Source: Patescibacteria group bacterium (lineage in GTDB: Bacteria > Patescibacteriota > Patescibacteriia > Patescibacteriales > UBA12465). From it: 64,000 nt of DNA. Each line of letters begins with the position of its first letter. Within the stretch, counting starts at the first letter, position 1. The position numbers and the translations under genes were made by a program. Below are positions 33,654-43,512 of this stretch, in pieces. Location: NCBI GenBank assembly GCA_041664445.1, contig JBAYKT010000005.1, positions 7,438 to 71,437 on the forward strand, written 5' to 3'. The notes below the pieces were generated by a model. It was not told where the DNA came from. It saw nothing but the letters and a program-made list of their open reading frames with translations, and did no database searches.

Positions 33654-34397
33654 TTATTTTATCTTATAAGTCAGGGTAACTTCCACTTTAACTTCATTTT
33701 GTCCGGACTCAATGCTCGGGCTAGAAATCGCTGTATCGGCGCCGGCAACACTCTTCATTTCCAATCTAACATTAGAATAATCCATCATCGGCACATAGCT
33801 GGCGGAGCTTTCATAAACCCCAACCAGTTTACCTAATTTAAGGCCGGATTCATTGGCAATCATGCCTGCTTTTTCTTTAGCTTTTTCAATTGCTAAAGTG
33901 CGCGCCTGGTTTTTTAAATCATATTCATCATCAATTGTGAAGCCGATATTGCCCACTTGGTTGGCACCTTGCTCGGTAGTTTTGGCAATAATATCACCAA
34001 TTTTTTCCAAGTCCCGAATCTTCAAAGTTACGTTTTGTGAAACTTGATAGCCAACTAATGTTTGACCGGATTTCTCTGTCCAGTTATAAACTGGGCTTAA
34101 TTGATAATCAGTAGTTTTAATATCTTTGTCCTCAACTCCCAAATTTTTTACAGCGGCGACAATTGCATTCATTTTTTCCGTGCTATTTTTAGTCGCTTCA
34201 GCAGCGGTTTTTTTGACTTCAGTTTTTAAACCAACGGTTAGACTGGCAATGTCTGCTTTAGCATAAACCGTTCCCGAGCCGGTCACGGAAAAGCGATCTT
34301 GTGCGTCAACCTTGTTACTAAAATAAAAGGCGCCAACAATAACTGCGCCGACCACAATCATTCCTAGCGTGGCCAAGAATACTTGAGATTTTTTCAT
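33654..34397 (-). CDS. SIMPL/DUF541 (BP26-like) secreted protein
   Basis: 247 aa. N-terminal TM or signal. VTGSGTV.AKADIA.L.VGL......A.EA pattern typical of SIMPL domain. Confidence 0.65.
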   Translation of the reverse strand: MKKSQVFLATLGMIVVGAVIVGAFYFSNKVDAQDRFSVTGSGTVYAKADIASLTVGLKTEVKKTAAEATKNSTEKMNAIVAAVKNLGVEDKDIKTTDYQLSPVYNWTEKSGQTLVGYQVSQNVTLKIRDLEKIGDIIAKTTEQGANQVGNIGFTIDDEYDLKNQARTLAIEKAKEKAGMIANESGLKLGKLVGVYESSASYVPMMDYSNVRLEMKSVAGADTAISSPSIESGQNEVKVEVTLTYKIK

Positions 34398-34485
34398 AGT
34401 GTTTTAATTTAATTAAATAAATTAGTTTTTTTCTCTTATATATTAGACGGGGCTAATAATCTAAAAGTAACAAAGAGGAGTATTT

Positions 34486-34562
34486 TGGTGGTCGCTAGTG
34501 GACTCGAACCACTGGCCTCCGCGATGTGAACGCGGCGCTCTAACCAACTGAGCCAAGCGACC
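34486..34562 (-). tRNA. tRNA-Val (anticodon CAC), CCA encoded
   Basis: Cloverleaf folded by hand: acceptor GGTCGCT/AGCGACC, anticodon stem CCGCG/CGCGG, loop TTCACAT, T-arm AGTGG-TTCGAGT-CCACT. Confidence 0.9.
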
Positions 34563-34570
34563 GTTCTGAT

Positions 34571-34657
34571 TGGTGCCCAGAGGGGGATTTGAACCCCCAC
34601 AGGATTGCTCCTACAGCGTTCTGAACACTGCGTGTCTACCAATTTCACCATCTGGGC
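34571..34657 (-). tRNA. tRNA-Leu (anticodon CAG), long variable arm, CCA encoded
   Basis: Acceptor GCCCAGA/TCTGGGC, loop TTCAGAA, variable arm TAGGAGCAATCCTGT, T-arm GGGGG-TTCAAAT-CCCCC. Confidence 0.9.
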
Positions 34658-34685
34658 TTTTACTATTCTCAAGCTATATCTTAAA

Positions 34686-35798
34686 TTAATTTTTACTTTT
34701 CGTCCAATTCGGTTTCCAGGAAGCCAAGAAAGTAGCAATTGGCATTGAAGCCATAACGCCGATACTGCCGACCAGAGTTCTGACAATCTCCGTAGTAACC
34801 GATTCTGTATTCAGCGCCCGGCTCATACTCAGCCCAGCTTGTTGATTAATTATCAGGAGTAATAATAAAGGCAAGGCTGCTCCGGCATAAGTTAAAAACA
34901 GGGTGTTAACAATTGCGCCCAGATGCGTGTTTCCGACCTTGTAGGCGAGTTTAAAGACCTTCTTCGGGGCTAATTTCGGATTAGCCAGCCGAATGCTGTC
35001 CACGGCCTCAATTTGCCCTAAAATGATATCATCAAGCACCCCAATCGCTCCAATTAACATCCCAGCTAAAAGCAATCCCTTAAAATTAATAATCGCGTTG
35101 CCGTTTCCCAGCAAAAAGAAGGATTCTTCTTGGGCCATACCCGTGAGCCGCGTTAGGTTACTAAAAATGATAGATAGCAGCAGTGTTAAAATCAAAGATA
35201 GAAAAACTGAAAAAATAGCGAGGTGTGATTTTCTATTAAAACCTTCGGTTAAGTAAATGATAAAAAACATCATCATTAAGCCACCAACAAGACTGATTAA
35301 AAACGGATCATGGCCATTTAAAATCTGCGGCAAAATAAACTTAATGATAATAAAGAAACTAACGACCAAACTTAAAAGCGCTCTCAAACCTTTAACGCGG
35401 CCAACAATTACGACCGTTAATATAAAAATAATGGTCAACCATAAAATCGGGCCACTGCGCACATAATCAACCACATAATAATTTTCTTGCCCGTTCTCAT
35501 CGTTAAAGGCGTCAATAAAAACGCGGTCTCCAACTTGATAAGTATTGGCATCGCCAACTTCAATCTCGGAAATACCATAATAAACCGCCTCCTGCCCCTT
35601 ACGGTTGCTATCTAGGGCCTTAAAGCGTAAATTCTGTTGCGTAAACGTGCTGCCGTCTTCCCTGGTTTTCAACTCTTCTTGTTCAACCTTAATGATTTCC
35701 GCCTTAAAACTAGCGGCCTGTTCTGCTTGCGCCTGCGCCGAAAATACCGGTACGGCTAAAATAAACAATAAAAAAATAAAGACCCAAAGCTTTTTCAT
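34686..35798 (-). CDS. YibE/F-like polytopic membrane protein
   Basis: 370 aa. Signal peptide, extracytoplasmic N-domain, then about 6 TM segments. Family assignment from memory of the architecture. Confidence 0.45.
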   Translation of the reverse strand: MKKLWVFIFLLFILAVPVFSAQAQAEQAASFKAEIIKVEQEELKTREDGSTFTQQNLRFKALDSNRKGQEAVYYGISEIEVGDANTYQVGDRVFIDAFNDENGQENYYVVDYVRSGPILWLTIIFILTVVIVGRVKGLRALLSLVVSFFIIIKFILPQILNGHDPFLISLVGGLMMMFFIIYLTEGFNRKSHLAIFSVFLSLILTLLLSIIFSNLTRLTGMAQEESFFLLGNGNAIINFKGLLLAGMLIGAIGVLDDIILGQIEAVDSIRLANPKLAPKKVFKLAYKVGNTHLGAIVNTLFLTYAGAALPLLLLLIINQQAGLSMSRALNTESVTTEIVRTLVGSIGVMASMPIATFLASWKPNWTKSKN

Positions 35799-35811
35799 AT
35801 AAAAAATTCGC

Positions 35812-36753
35812 TTAGGATTTCTTCATCGCGGCTGATAGGCGGATTTTACTTTTATTATATTTAACCGAGAGAAACAAAAATAAACCGAGCATTCCCATCA
35901 TCGCAACCGGAGAAAACCAAAATGGAAATTCCATGCCAAAACTTTCTAAAACCATAATCGAACCTAAAATACCAATCGCATACATCGCCCCATTCTTTAA
36001 AAACTCAAATTTAGTAATAAAATCTATTCCCCGAATCGTTAATTCGCGGACAACAAAGGCTCCTAAGCCATTACCGATAATAATAAGCGGGATACTCATC
36101 GTAAAAGCGAAGGCGCCGATAACGCCATCAATTGAAAATGAGGTATCCAAAACTTCCAAATAAAATATTTTACTCCAAGCGCTCATCGAGGGGTCCATTA
36201 ATTGCTTCTCTTTTTCTTCGGCGTTCTTTTTAAAACCATCAGTGATAAAGAAAGCCGAGACGCCAATAGTTGCCGCCAAAGCCAAAATGGCGTTTTCTTT
36301 TAAGGAAAAATAAACAACACTGGTCGTCACGAGCGAAGCGAGCGCGTAAAACCAAACGCCTTGGCGATGAATAAAGCCCTCAACCATAAAGGCATATTTC
36401 TTTTCTTCCAAAAATAACCAAGATAAAAATACTAAAAATAAGTAAATACCGCCGCCCAGGAGCAGGAGCGGTTTGGAATGCTCTAAATAACCCTTTACCT
36501 CTTCACTATTAGAAAAAGCGGCTGAAATTACCTGCCCCAAGTTTAAATCCGGATTAGCAATCCAGACAATTAAAAAAGGCAGAACGCCTCTGACAACAAA
36601 AACTGCAAATAACAAGCCCCAAAGCAAAAATATCTTACGATATTTTTCCGGCATCGTCTTTAAAACATGAGCATTGACGACGGCGTTGTCCACACTGCTG
36701 ATAATTTCAAAAATACAAAGCCCAATAACAATGACGAGGATGCTCCAAAACAT
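35812..36753 (-). CDS. TerC/DUF475-family integral membrane protein
   Basis: 313 aa. FEIISSVDNAVVNA and LDTSFSIDGVIGAFA motifs. Confidence 0.55.
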   Translation of the reverse strand: MFWSILVIVIGLCIFEIISSVDNAVVNAHVLKTMPEKYRKIFLLWGLLFAVFVVRGVLPFLIVWIANPDLNLGQVISAAFSNSEEVKGYLEHSKPLLLLGGGIYLFLVFLSWLFLEEKKYAFMVEGFIHRQGVWFYALASLVTTSVVYFSLKENAILALAATIGVSAFFITDGFKKNAEEKEKQLMDPSMSAWSKIFYLEVLDTSFSIDGVIGAFAFTMSIPLIIIGNGLGAFVVRELTIRGIDFITKFEFLKNGAMYAIGILGSIMVLESFGMEFPFWFSPVAMMGMLGLFLFLSVKYNKSKIRLSAAMKKS

Positions 36754-36818
36754 ACTAATTTATTTTATAATTTATTAATTAAAACCTAATATTAGTATAG
36801 CACAAGCCTTATTTATAT

Positions 36819-36847
36819 AAAAACCCCGGTTATTCGCCGGGGTTTTG
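36819..36847 (-). terminator. terminator of the ferritin gene
   Basis: CCCCGG-N7-CCGGGG between A- and T-runs. Confidence 0.75.
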
Positions 36848-36868
36848 CAATTAACAGAAAATGATTAT

Positions 36869-37390
36869 TTAAGCAGCTGCCGCATAGGGACCGGAAGGAA
36901 GATAAGTTCTAGCCTTTAATTCTTGGTCAATCATATAAATAACCGAGCCTTCATGACCGGCTAAATTCAATTTATCCAGGATTTCAATCGCGTTAGCTTC
37001 TTCCTCAACCTGCTCATCAACATACCATTTGATAAATGATTCCAAGGCCGAATCTTTCTCTTCCTTGGCGAGTTGATGAATATTGCTGATGCAGGCAGTA
37101 ATATGCTGTTCGTGCTTTAGGCCAGCGTTAAACACGTCTTTAATGTTCTTTAAAGCAGATAAATCCGGCTTGGCGATAGCCTCTAAAACCGGCTCCTCAT
37201 TGCGATCCAAAAGAAAACGATAAAACCCTAAGGCGTGGTCATTTTCCTCTTTAGCCTGAATATTCATCCAATTAGCGGCTCCTTTCAAGCCTTGCTTTTC
37301 TAAAAAAGCAGCCATGGCTAAATAAAGATAGGAGGAATAAAATTCCTCGTTTATTTGTTTGTTAAGAATGTCTTTTATTTTGTTAGTCAT
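36869..37390 (-). CDS. non-heme ferritin
   Basis: 173 aa. LNKQINEEFYSSYLYLAMA..F and QAKEENDHA ferroxidase-centre motifs. Confidence 0.85.
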   Translation of the reverse strand: MTNKIKDILNKQINEEFYSSYLYLAMAAFLEKQGLKGAANWMNIQAKEENDHALGFYRFLLDRNEEPVLEAIAKPDLSALKNIKDVFNAGLKHEQHITACISNIHQLAKEEKDSALESFIKWYVDEQVEEEANAIEILDKLNLAGHEGSVIYMIDQELKARTYLPSGPYAAAA

Positions 37391-37459
37391 ATATTTAATC
37401 TTAATTAATTAGTAATTTATTGTAGCATCTTTTAAAGGCCTCGTAAAGACATAATGCCT

Positions 37460-37496
37460 AAAAAAATCGCACAGTCTCTAAACTGGCGATTTTTTA
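37460..37496. terminator. bidirectional terminator after the small basic ORF
   Basis: ATCGCCAGT-N6-ACTGTGCGAT (one bulge) between A- and T-runs. Confidence 0.6.
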
Positions 37497-37507
37497 TTTT
37501 CAGCGAT

Positions 37508-37642
37508 TTATTGCTTAATATTGTGTTTCAACTTTTTGTTTGCCTTCTCTTCCAGCATTACTCGTTTAGCCTCTAATCTTTTAGCGGTCTTGCGGGAATG
37601 GGTCGGCTTCATTTTGCCGACGCCGGTACTTCTTTTAGCCAT
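37508..37642 (-). CDS. unannotated 44-aa highly basic small protein (below the ORF-track cutoff)
   Basis: MAKRSTGVGKMKPTHSRKTAKRLEAKRVMLEEKANKKLKHNIKQ. Own TATAAT 8 nt upstream of the ATG and own terminator. Confidence 0.35.
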   Translation of the reverse strand: MAKRSTGVGKMKPTHSRKTAKRLEAKRVMLEEKANKKLKHNIKQ

Positions 37643-37786
37643 AGATGTAAATTATAAAATAGTTTATTTAACTTTATTATCTTAACCTAAAACCTAAATA
37701 AAATCAATCTTTTGACAATAACTGGCACTTATGATAATTTAAAGGATAATTCTGAATATTTTCGAACCTTAAAAATTAAACCAAAT

Positions 37787-38398
37787 ATGAAAAAAGTAAG
37801 CCAATCACCCTTAAAAATCAAGGGGGTTTATCTCCCTTTCGCTCTTGAAGTTATCAGCGGTTTATACAAAATACCGCGCACCGGCTGGGTTGACCGTGGC
37901 GTTGAACACCCGGAAACTGTCGGCCAACATATTGATGACCTTTTAGAGATGGCTGATTTCTTTTTTCCGGATTGTTATGGATTAAAAAAAATGCTAAAAG
38001 TCCACGACTGGCCGGAATGGGAAAAAAAGATTGGTGATCGACGCACGGATAAATATTGCCCCGAAGACCATCGTTATGACCCACAAGAAAAGAAAATAGC
38101 CGAACGCGAGGCAATGTTTGATATTTGCCAAAGACTGGGCCCCTACGGAGCCATTATATTTAATCTCTATCTGGAATATGACGCCGGAATCACCTTAAGA
38201 GCGCAAAGAGCTAACCAATTAGATAAATTGCAAGTTGATTTAAAGGCGGTAAAATATCAAATTGCCAATCAACCGGTTATCGCCATGCAATTTATTGAAC
38301 TCAACCGGCATAAGATAATTATTCCGGAACTAAAATTAATGCTTGAAGAAGCGGAATTAAAACTAGACAAATATTTAATCTCAAAAAAAATTACCTGA
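37787..38398 (+). CDS. HD-domain phosphohydrolase (YfbR-like 5'-nucleotidase family)
   Basis: PRTGWVDRGVEHPETVGQHIDD motif. Start taken at the first ATG (MKKVSQ) rather than the upstream TTG. Confidence 0.55.
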   Translation: MKKVSQSPLKIKGVYLPFALEVISGLYKIPRTGWVDRGVEHPETVGQHIDDLLEMADFFFPDCYGLKKMLKVHDWPEWEKKIGDRRTDKYCPEDHRYDPQEKKIAEREAMFDICQRLGPYGAIIFNLYLEYDAGITLRAQRANQLDKLQVDLKAVKYQIANQPVIAMQFIELNRHKIIIPELKLMLEEAELKLDKYLISKKIT

Positions 38399-39069
38399 TG
38401 AAAACACCAAAAATTCTACCATTCGCCTCCGGCACTAAAGACGGCGGCGGTTCCGGATTTGAAAATCTGTATCACGCTATTGAAAGTGGAATTCTAAGAG
38501 CCGAAATGGTCGGCGTAGCCTCTAATCACCTTCACGGTGGCGTGCGCGAACGCGCTGACCGTTTGAAAATCCCCTTTTACTTTATGGGATCTGATCCAAC
38601 AGCTGACGACTATCAACGGATTGCCGAAGACTCACAAGCTGATTTCTTTCCTCTATCCGGCTTACTTAAAAAGGTTAAGGGTTTGGATTTAAATACTGTT
38701 TTTAATTCAAAAACGGTATTTAATATTCACCCTGGACTACTCCCTACTTTTGGCGGCTTTGGGATGCATGGACATCATGTCCATGAAGCGGTTTTTGAAG
38801 CTTATCAAAAAAAGCTTTTAACTTGCTCCGGACTAACAATGCACTTCGTGGACGAAGAATTCGACCACGGCCCAACATTCTTGGAGCTCAAAATCTTTTT
38901 GAGCGGAATCCAAAACCCTGAACAACTGGGAAGCTTGGTTAATTCCTATGAACACCGCTATCAGCCATACATTACCGATTTGGTCGTTAACGGCCAGATT
39001 TCTTGGGATGGCCAAAATCCTGACTCGTTAATAGTCCCTGCTGATTATCAAATATCGCAATGGGCTTAA
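38398..39069 (+). CDS. formyltransferase, PurN-like (phosphoribosylglycinamide formyltransferase family)
   Basis: 223 aa. NIHPGLLPTFGG and GLTMHFVDEEFDHGP motifs. 1-nt overlap with the upstream gene. Confidence 0.6.
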   Translation: MKTPKILPFASGTKDGGGSGFENLYHAIESGILRAEMVGVASNHLHGGVRERADRLKIPFYFMGSDPTADDYQRIAEDSQADFFPLSGLLKKVKGLDLNTVFNSKTVFNIHPGLLPTFGGFGMHGHHVHEAVFEAYQKKLLTCSGLTMHFVDEEFDHGPTFLELKIFLSGIQNPEQLGSLVNSYEHRYQPYITDLVVNGQISWDGQNPDSLIVPADYQISQWA

Positions 39070-39090
39070 AAAACATTTAAAACACAAACA

Positions 39091-39120
39091 AAAAAAGGAG
39101 CTCCAAAAAAGCTCCTTTTA
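39091..39120. terminator. bidirectional terminator
   Basis: GGAGC-N9-GCTCC between A- and T-runs, between convergent genes. Confidence 0.6.
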
Positions 39121-39138
39121 AAATACAAATTTATTTAT

Positions 39139-39630
39139 TTAGCTAGGTGACGCCATATGCTGCTCTGATTGCACGTCTCCCGTGAAAAATCCTGCCGGAG
39201 TTAAATTCATCATCACATTACCGGTAACATTGGCGATGGTGGCGCCTAGACAGAAATTAATCGTGTATGAGGGGCTAGAGGCGCTCGAACCAAATCTGGT
39301 ATAAGTGTAGACAGCTTGAGTTGTCGGGCAACTGGAGCCGTCAACGGGCGCTGGTGGCGCCGGCACTGACGATAAAAAGGTGTAGCCATCATAAGTAATA
39401 GACTGGTTAGGGACAATGGAAGCTGGATAATTACCGCTCTCGTTATAATATATTTCTAAAGCTTTGGATATTTGTTTAACATCAGAAACTCGCTTAGCAT
39501 CTCGGGCTCGGGCGCGCGCTTGATTAAGCGCTAAAATAGAGAGCGTTGATAATAAGCCAATAATAGCAATAACCACTAAAAGTTCAATCAAAGTAAAACC
39601 GGTCTTATGATTATTATCAGGCTCGGCCAT
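39139..39630 (-). CDS. type IV pilin / pseudopilin
   Basis: Prepilin motif G|FTLIELLVVIAIIG with Glu+5. RDAKRVSDVKQISKALEIYYNESGNYP head. C-terminal Cys pair. Confidence 0.85.
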   Translation of the reverse strand: MAEPDNNHKTGFTLIELLVVIAIIGLLSTLSILALNQARARARDAKRVSDVKQISKALEIYYNESGNYPASIVPNQSITYDGYTFLSSVPAPPAPVDGSSCPTTQAVYTYTRFGSSASSPSYTINFCLGATIANVTGNVMMNLTPAGFFTGDVQSEQHMASPS

Positions 39631-39632
39631 AT

Positions 39633-40016
39633 TTATTTAACTTTCAATTCCTTCTTAATCTCTTGAATTATCTGCGATAAGTCCCAATCACTTTTTACAA
39701 AATATCGGAAAGCATAATTCTTTAAGGCTAAAGAAATGTTCTCTTTGTCATTAAGATTGGTAAGCATCATCACTGTTAAATATTGTCCCCAAGTTGTTTG
39801 CCTAATTTGTTCCAACATTGTTAGGCCGTCCATTTTAGGCATGCTAATATCGCACAGAGTTAAGTCTGGTAGATATTTTTTAGCCGCCGCCAAGCCTTCC
39901 AAACCGTCATGAGTTTCCACAACTTCAAAGCCTTCCTCTTCTAAACCGGCGCGCAAAGCCGAGGCTAAGATTCTATCATCTTCGACAATTAATATTTTTT
40001 TAGGTGTGCTAGGCAT
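39633..40016 (-). CDS. single-domain (CheY-like) response regulator
   Basis: 127 aa. ILIVEDD, phospho-acceptor context LCDISMPKMDG, no output domain. Confidence 0.85.
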   Translation of the reverse strand: MPSTPKKILIVEDDRILASALRAGLEEEGFEVVETHDGLEGLAAAKKYLPDLTLCDISMPKMDGLTMLEQIRQTTWGQYLTVMMLTNLNDKENISLALKNYAFRYFVKSDWDLSQIIQEIKKELKVK

Positions 40017-40027
40017 AATTTTAGGAT

Positions 40028-42250
40028 TTATTTGGTTTTTTTCTTTGTTATTTTTGTAATTTTTTTATCTTTTTTGACTGTTAAAAGTGGTAATGAAAAG
40101 TAAAAGCGAGTACCTTTTTGGGGAACGGACTCAAACCAGACCTCGCCGGTATGAGCACGAATTATTTCGCGAGCGATATAAAGCCCTAAACCAGTGCCTT
40201 CGCCATCCTGCAGAGAGGCATTATTAGCTCGAAAAAACTTAGTAAATATTTTATCATGCTGTTCGGCCGGAATGCCAATCCCGTAATCGCGTACGCAGAA
40301 AATTAATTGCTTCTCCCTGTCTTTCTTAAAACTCAATTCAATTTCCGAATTGTTGTGCGAATATTTGGTAGCATTGGAAATTAAATTTTGCCAAACCTGC
40401 TTAATTTTCTCGCGATCACCCCAAACATTCAAATCAGACGGAATCTTATTAATAATTTTTAACTTTTTAGTACTGATTAAAAAGACATTTTCTTTAAGAA
40501 CCTCGGAAATCGCGTCACCGATATAAAAATAGTCCTTATTAATGTCAAATTTCCGCCCGGTTTCAATATGGGAAACGTCTAACAAATCGCTGACTAGCCT
40601 AATCATTTTTTGATTACTCTCATTCAACTGCCGCAAGAAATTAAGCTGCTTATCATTAAGGTTATGCTCTTTATTCTTTAAAAGCAATTCCGCGAGCCAT
40701 CTAATGCCGGTAAGTGGGGTGCGCAGTTGATGAGAGGCGATGCCGATAAACTCATCTTTCGCTTTATCCAACTGCTTCAAAGACTCATTCTGTTCTTTTA
40801 ATTTCTTAGTGGCTTTAACAATTTCATTGCGCAGTTTGAGGTTAAACTTGGTAACGCTTCTATATAATAAGGCATTTTCCAGAGAAATTCCAATTTCTGA
40901 AGCAATTGATTCCAAAACCCGAATATCGTTGTGATTATAAGCTTCTTCTGATTCCTTGGGGCCAAAAATTAATAAGCTGCTTAATTTTTTTTGTTCCACA
41001 TTAACCGGAACCAATATTTCCGCGTTAATTTTTTTCAAATAAGTAAGCACGCGTTTATCGGCTAGCGGCGGCGTATTTCTCAGCCGACCCAAATCTAAAG
41101 GCTTGCCGGCGATTAAAAGCTTACGCATCGTCGCATACTGTAAATCTATTTTATTGGAATCAAAATTAAAGCCCACATTATAAAGAATGGTCCAGTAGCC
41201 GGTTTTCTCCTCATAATAAAGAACGGCAATTCCCTGACTATGGAAAGCTTGCAGCAGAATATCAATCGTGGATTCAAATATCTGCTTAATATCCAAAGAA
41301 GCGCGCAGACGATTATTCAAATTATAAATTAACTCATTAAAATCGTACAAAGAAGAAAATAAATATTTGTTGGAGAAGCGGTAAAAATAGCCCTTAGTCC
41401 GCGGAAAAAGCGTAATGGAAATAAAAAACAGAATTACAAAAGCCGGGGCGGAATAGAAAGGGTGAAAAATATAAACATAGGAAATAACAATATAAGCTGG
41501 CACCAGCAGAGAGATGACTGAGAAAAAATAGACCAAGGAGCGCCTAATAATCAGCTTGATATCCATTAAGCCAAAATAAACGATGGCGTAAGTTATGACT
41601 AAGGAGAAAATTAGCGGCGTGGCTAAAAAGATTGGATAAAAAGGAATAGAATAAGCCGGTAAAAAGGCTGTTCCGCCAATAACATCTAAAACCAAAAATC
41701 CGATAATATAATACGTGAGACGCTTCTTTTCCAAAGCGCTCATTTCGCTCTTATACTTCTTAATTAAATTATAAAAGAATAAAACCGCATAAAAGATAAA
41801 GGCACCAATGAAAAAATTATGCAAAAACTGGGCTTTAGTATGAGCCCCCCAGGCATAATGAAAAATGCCTTGGACAAATAAATCGGTCTGGCTTAAAAAC
41901 AAAAAAATAAAAGAAAAGGTATAGGCAAAAGCCAAAAGATTGCGCCGCTGCCTGTCGGTATAGGTAACGGCTAAACTGAAATGATATTGGAGCGAGGGCC
42001 AAAAAACGACGGCGGCATAAACAAAGCGATCCCAAAAAACTATTTGGTTATCATAGGTGCTGCTAATCATCATGAAACTGCCGAAAATCCATAAATCTAA
42101 AATGATGGTCAACAAAAAAAACAGCCCGTTAACTAGACGGCGGCTGTTTTTGAGAACGACAATACTTAAACTGATAATGAAAAACAAGCTCAACAAGGAG
42201 AACATCTGAGAAAATAAACTGCTATTATATAACATAAAATAAGATAACAA
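40028..42250 (-). CDS. sensor histidine kinase with multi-TM N-terminal domain and GAF-like region
   Basis: 740 aa. About 8 TM segments. H-box GIASHQLRTPL. N, G1 (DYGIGI) and G2 (GTGLGL) boxes. Confidence 0.85.
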   Translation of the reverse strand: MLSYFMLYNSSLFSQMFSLLSLFFIISLSIVVLKNSRRLVNGLFFLLTIILDLWIFGSFMMISSTYDNQIVFWDRFVYAAVVFWPSLQYHFSLAVTYTDRQRRNLLAFAYTFSFIFLFLSQTDLFVQGIFHYAWGAHTKAQFLHNFFIGAFIFYAVLFFYNLIKKYKSEMSALEKKRLTYYIIGFLVLDVIGGTAFLPAYSIPFYPIFLATPLIFSLVITYAIVYFGLMDIKLIIRRSLVYFFSVISLLVPAYIVISYVYIFHPFYSAPAFVILFFISITLFPRTKGYFYRFSNKYLFSSLYDFNELIYNLNNRLRASLDIKQIFESTIDILLQAFHSQGIAVLYYEEKTGYWTILYNVGFNFDSNKIDLQYATMRKLLIAGKPLDLGRLRNTPPLADKRVLTYLKKINAEILVPVNVEQKKLSSLLIFGPKESEEAYNHNDIRVLESIASEIGISLENALLYRSVTKFNLKLRNEIVKATKKLKEQNESLKQLDKAKDEFIGIASHQLRTPLTGIRWLAELLLKNKEHNLNDKQLNFLRQLNESNQKMIRLVSDLLDVSHIETGRKFDINKDYFYIGDAISEVLKENVFLISTKKLKIINKIPSDLNVWGDREKIKQVWQNLISNATKYSHNNSEIELSFKKDREKQLIFCVRDYGIGIPAEQHDKIFTKFFRANNASLQDGEGTGLGLYIAREIIRAHTGEVWFESVPQKGTRFYFSLPLLTVKKDKKITKITKKKTK

Positions 42251-42352
42251 GGCTTGTATTTTTCTATAAACTATTATATCACAAAAAAATAAAAAATAAA
42301 AAAGGAGGACATAATTTTGGCCCTCCCCTTCTAAAAAATCTAAGCAACCGAA

Positions 42353-43399
42353 TTAAAGCGGAATAAATTCCATTTTTTCCGGCTTAAACAAATTAACAAG
42401 CGGCAAAGAAACTTTTTCTTGTTCCAAATAACCACGTAGCATACTTTGGGCTTCAGGATTAATCTCAAAAAAATTAAATTTCTCCAAATCTTCTCCAGCG
42501 TCTTGAGCAATATTCAGAATGATGGCTTCGGTAAAGCAGCCAAACCAAAATCCCACCAAGGGAAAACTGAGAATTGACGGCGGAAAATTATATTTCACGT
42601 CATCTAAAAAGAAGTTTCCTGAATGAAATAAGGAAGTGGTGGCAGGCAAATGACTGTGAACTTTTGGACTAATACCTTGAGGTATGGCCACGTCCAGAAT
42701 AATTGCCTTCGGATGTAAACATTCCCATAATTTTTCTGGATCAATTTCATCCTTATACTTATGAGTGCAACTCATCAGTAGTTTAATTTGCGTTGGCAAA
42801 TTATTTGGTGAATCAATAACTTGAACTCGCTGGTCTAAGCCACTAATTTTTTGTTCGCTTACCAAAGTAATTTTTTGGAAATTTTTAGCTAACAAAGTCT
42901 CAATAGTTTTCTGACCTAAAATTCCCCAGCCCAAAACCACAACCTGGTCTTTTTCCGGATTAATTTTCCCTGGCAAAGATAAAATGCGGTCTATTAGCAA
43001 AAGAGAGGAAACCGAGGTTAAATTATCACCGATAGAGAAAATAATGTCCGGGTAGAGGGACTTAACTTCTTGATCGGATTTTCCGGGCAAACGCTTGGTA
43101 GCGGCAGTAAAGCAAATTACCTTAGCGCCTTTCTCGGCAAGATATTTAACAGCATTGAGCATTGCCGTCTTCCCTTTGGCCATACCGGATTTATGAAAAA
43201 TATCATGCGGCTGGATATCCAGCGGAATAATTTCTCCTAAAAATTCTTTAAAGGAGAATTTGAGAGGGTTGAAGAAGCCGTCGTGCGGTTCTCCGAGTTC
43301 AGCAATCAACTCTAAACGATTGCTGGGTGAGGTACTATTGGCGATTATGCCAATTAACGGCTTGATGCCTGACTCTGGGTGATTTTTTGGTTTTTCCAT
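42353..43399 (-). CDS. NAD(P)-binding oxidoreductase, acyl-ACP-reductase / shikimate-DH-like fold (tentative)
   Basis: 348 aa. VVVLGWGILG Rossmann motif. Overall layout recalls cyanobacterial AAR-like proteins (from memory only). Confidence 0.3.
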   Translation of the reverse strand: MEKPKNHPESGIKPLIGIIANSTSPSNRLELIAELGEPHDGFFNPLKFSFKEFLGEIIPLDIQPHDIFHKSGMAKGKTAMLNAVKYLAEKGAKVICFTAATKRLPGKSDQEVKSLYPDIIFSIGDNLTSVSSLLLIDRILSLPGKINPEKDQVVVLGWGILGQKTIETLLAKNFQKITLVSEQKISGLDQRVQVIDSPNNLPTQIKLLMSCTHKYKDEIDPEKLWECLHPKAIILDVAIPQGISPKVHSHLPATTSLFHSGNFFLDDVKYNFPPSILSFPLVGFWFGCFTEAIILNIAQDAGEDLEKFNFFEINPEAQSMLRGYLEQEKVSLPLVNLFKPEKMEFIPL

Positions 43400-43512
43400 T
43401 ACTACTCGTTGTTTGTTTTTATTTTTAAATTATAAATTGTTAAAGTAACAAAAAAAACATACCAATTTGGTATGTTTTTGTCAAGGATTAGTTAAAAATC
43501 AGGATTAAGTCT

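Noticed and set aside
34436-34786. 116-aa ORF in the track
   Set aside because: It overlaps tRNA-Val and tRNA-Leu on the same strand and the 3' end of the YibE/F-like gene. The tRNA cloverleaves explain the sequence.
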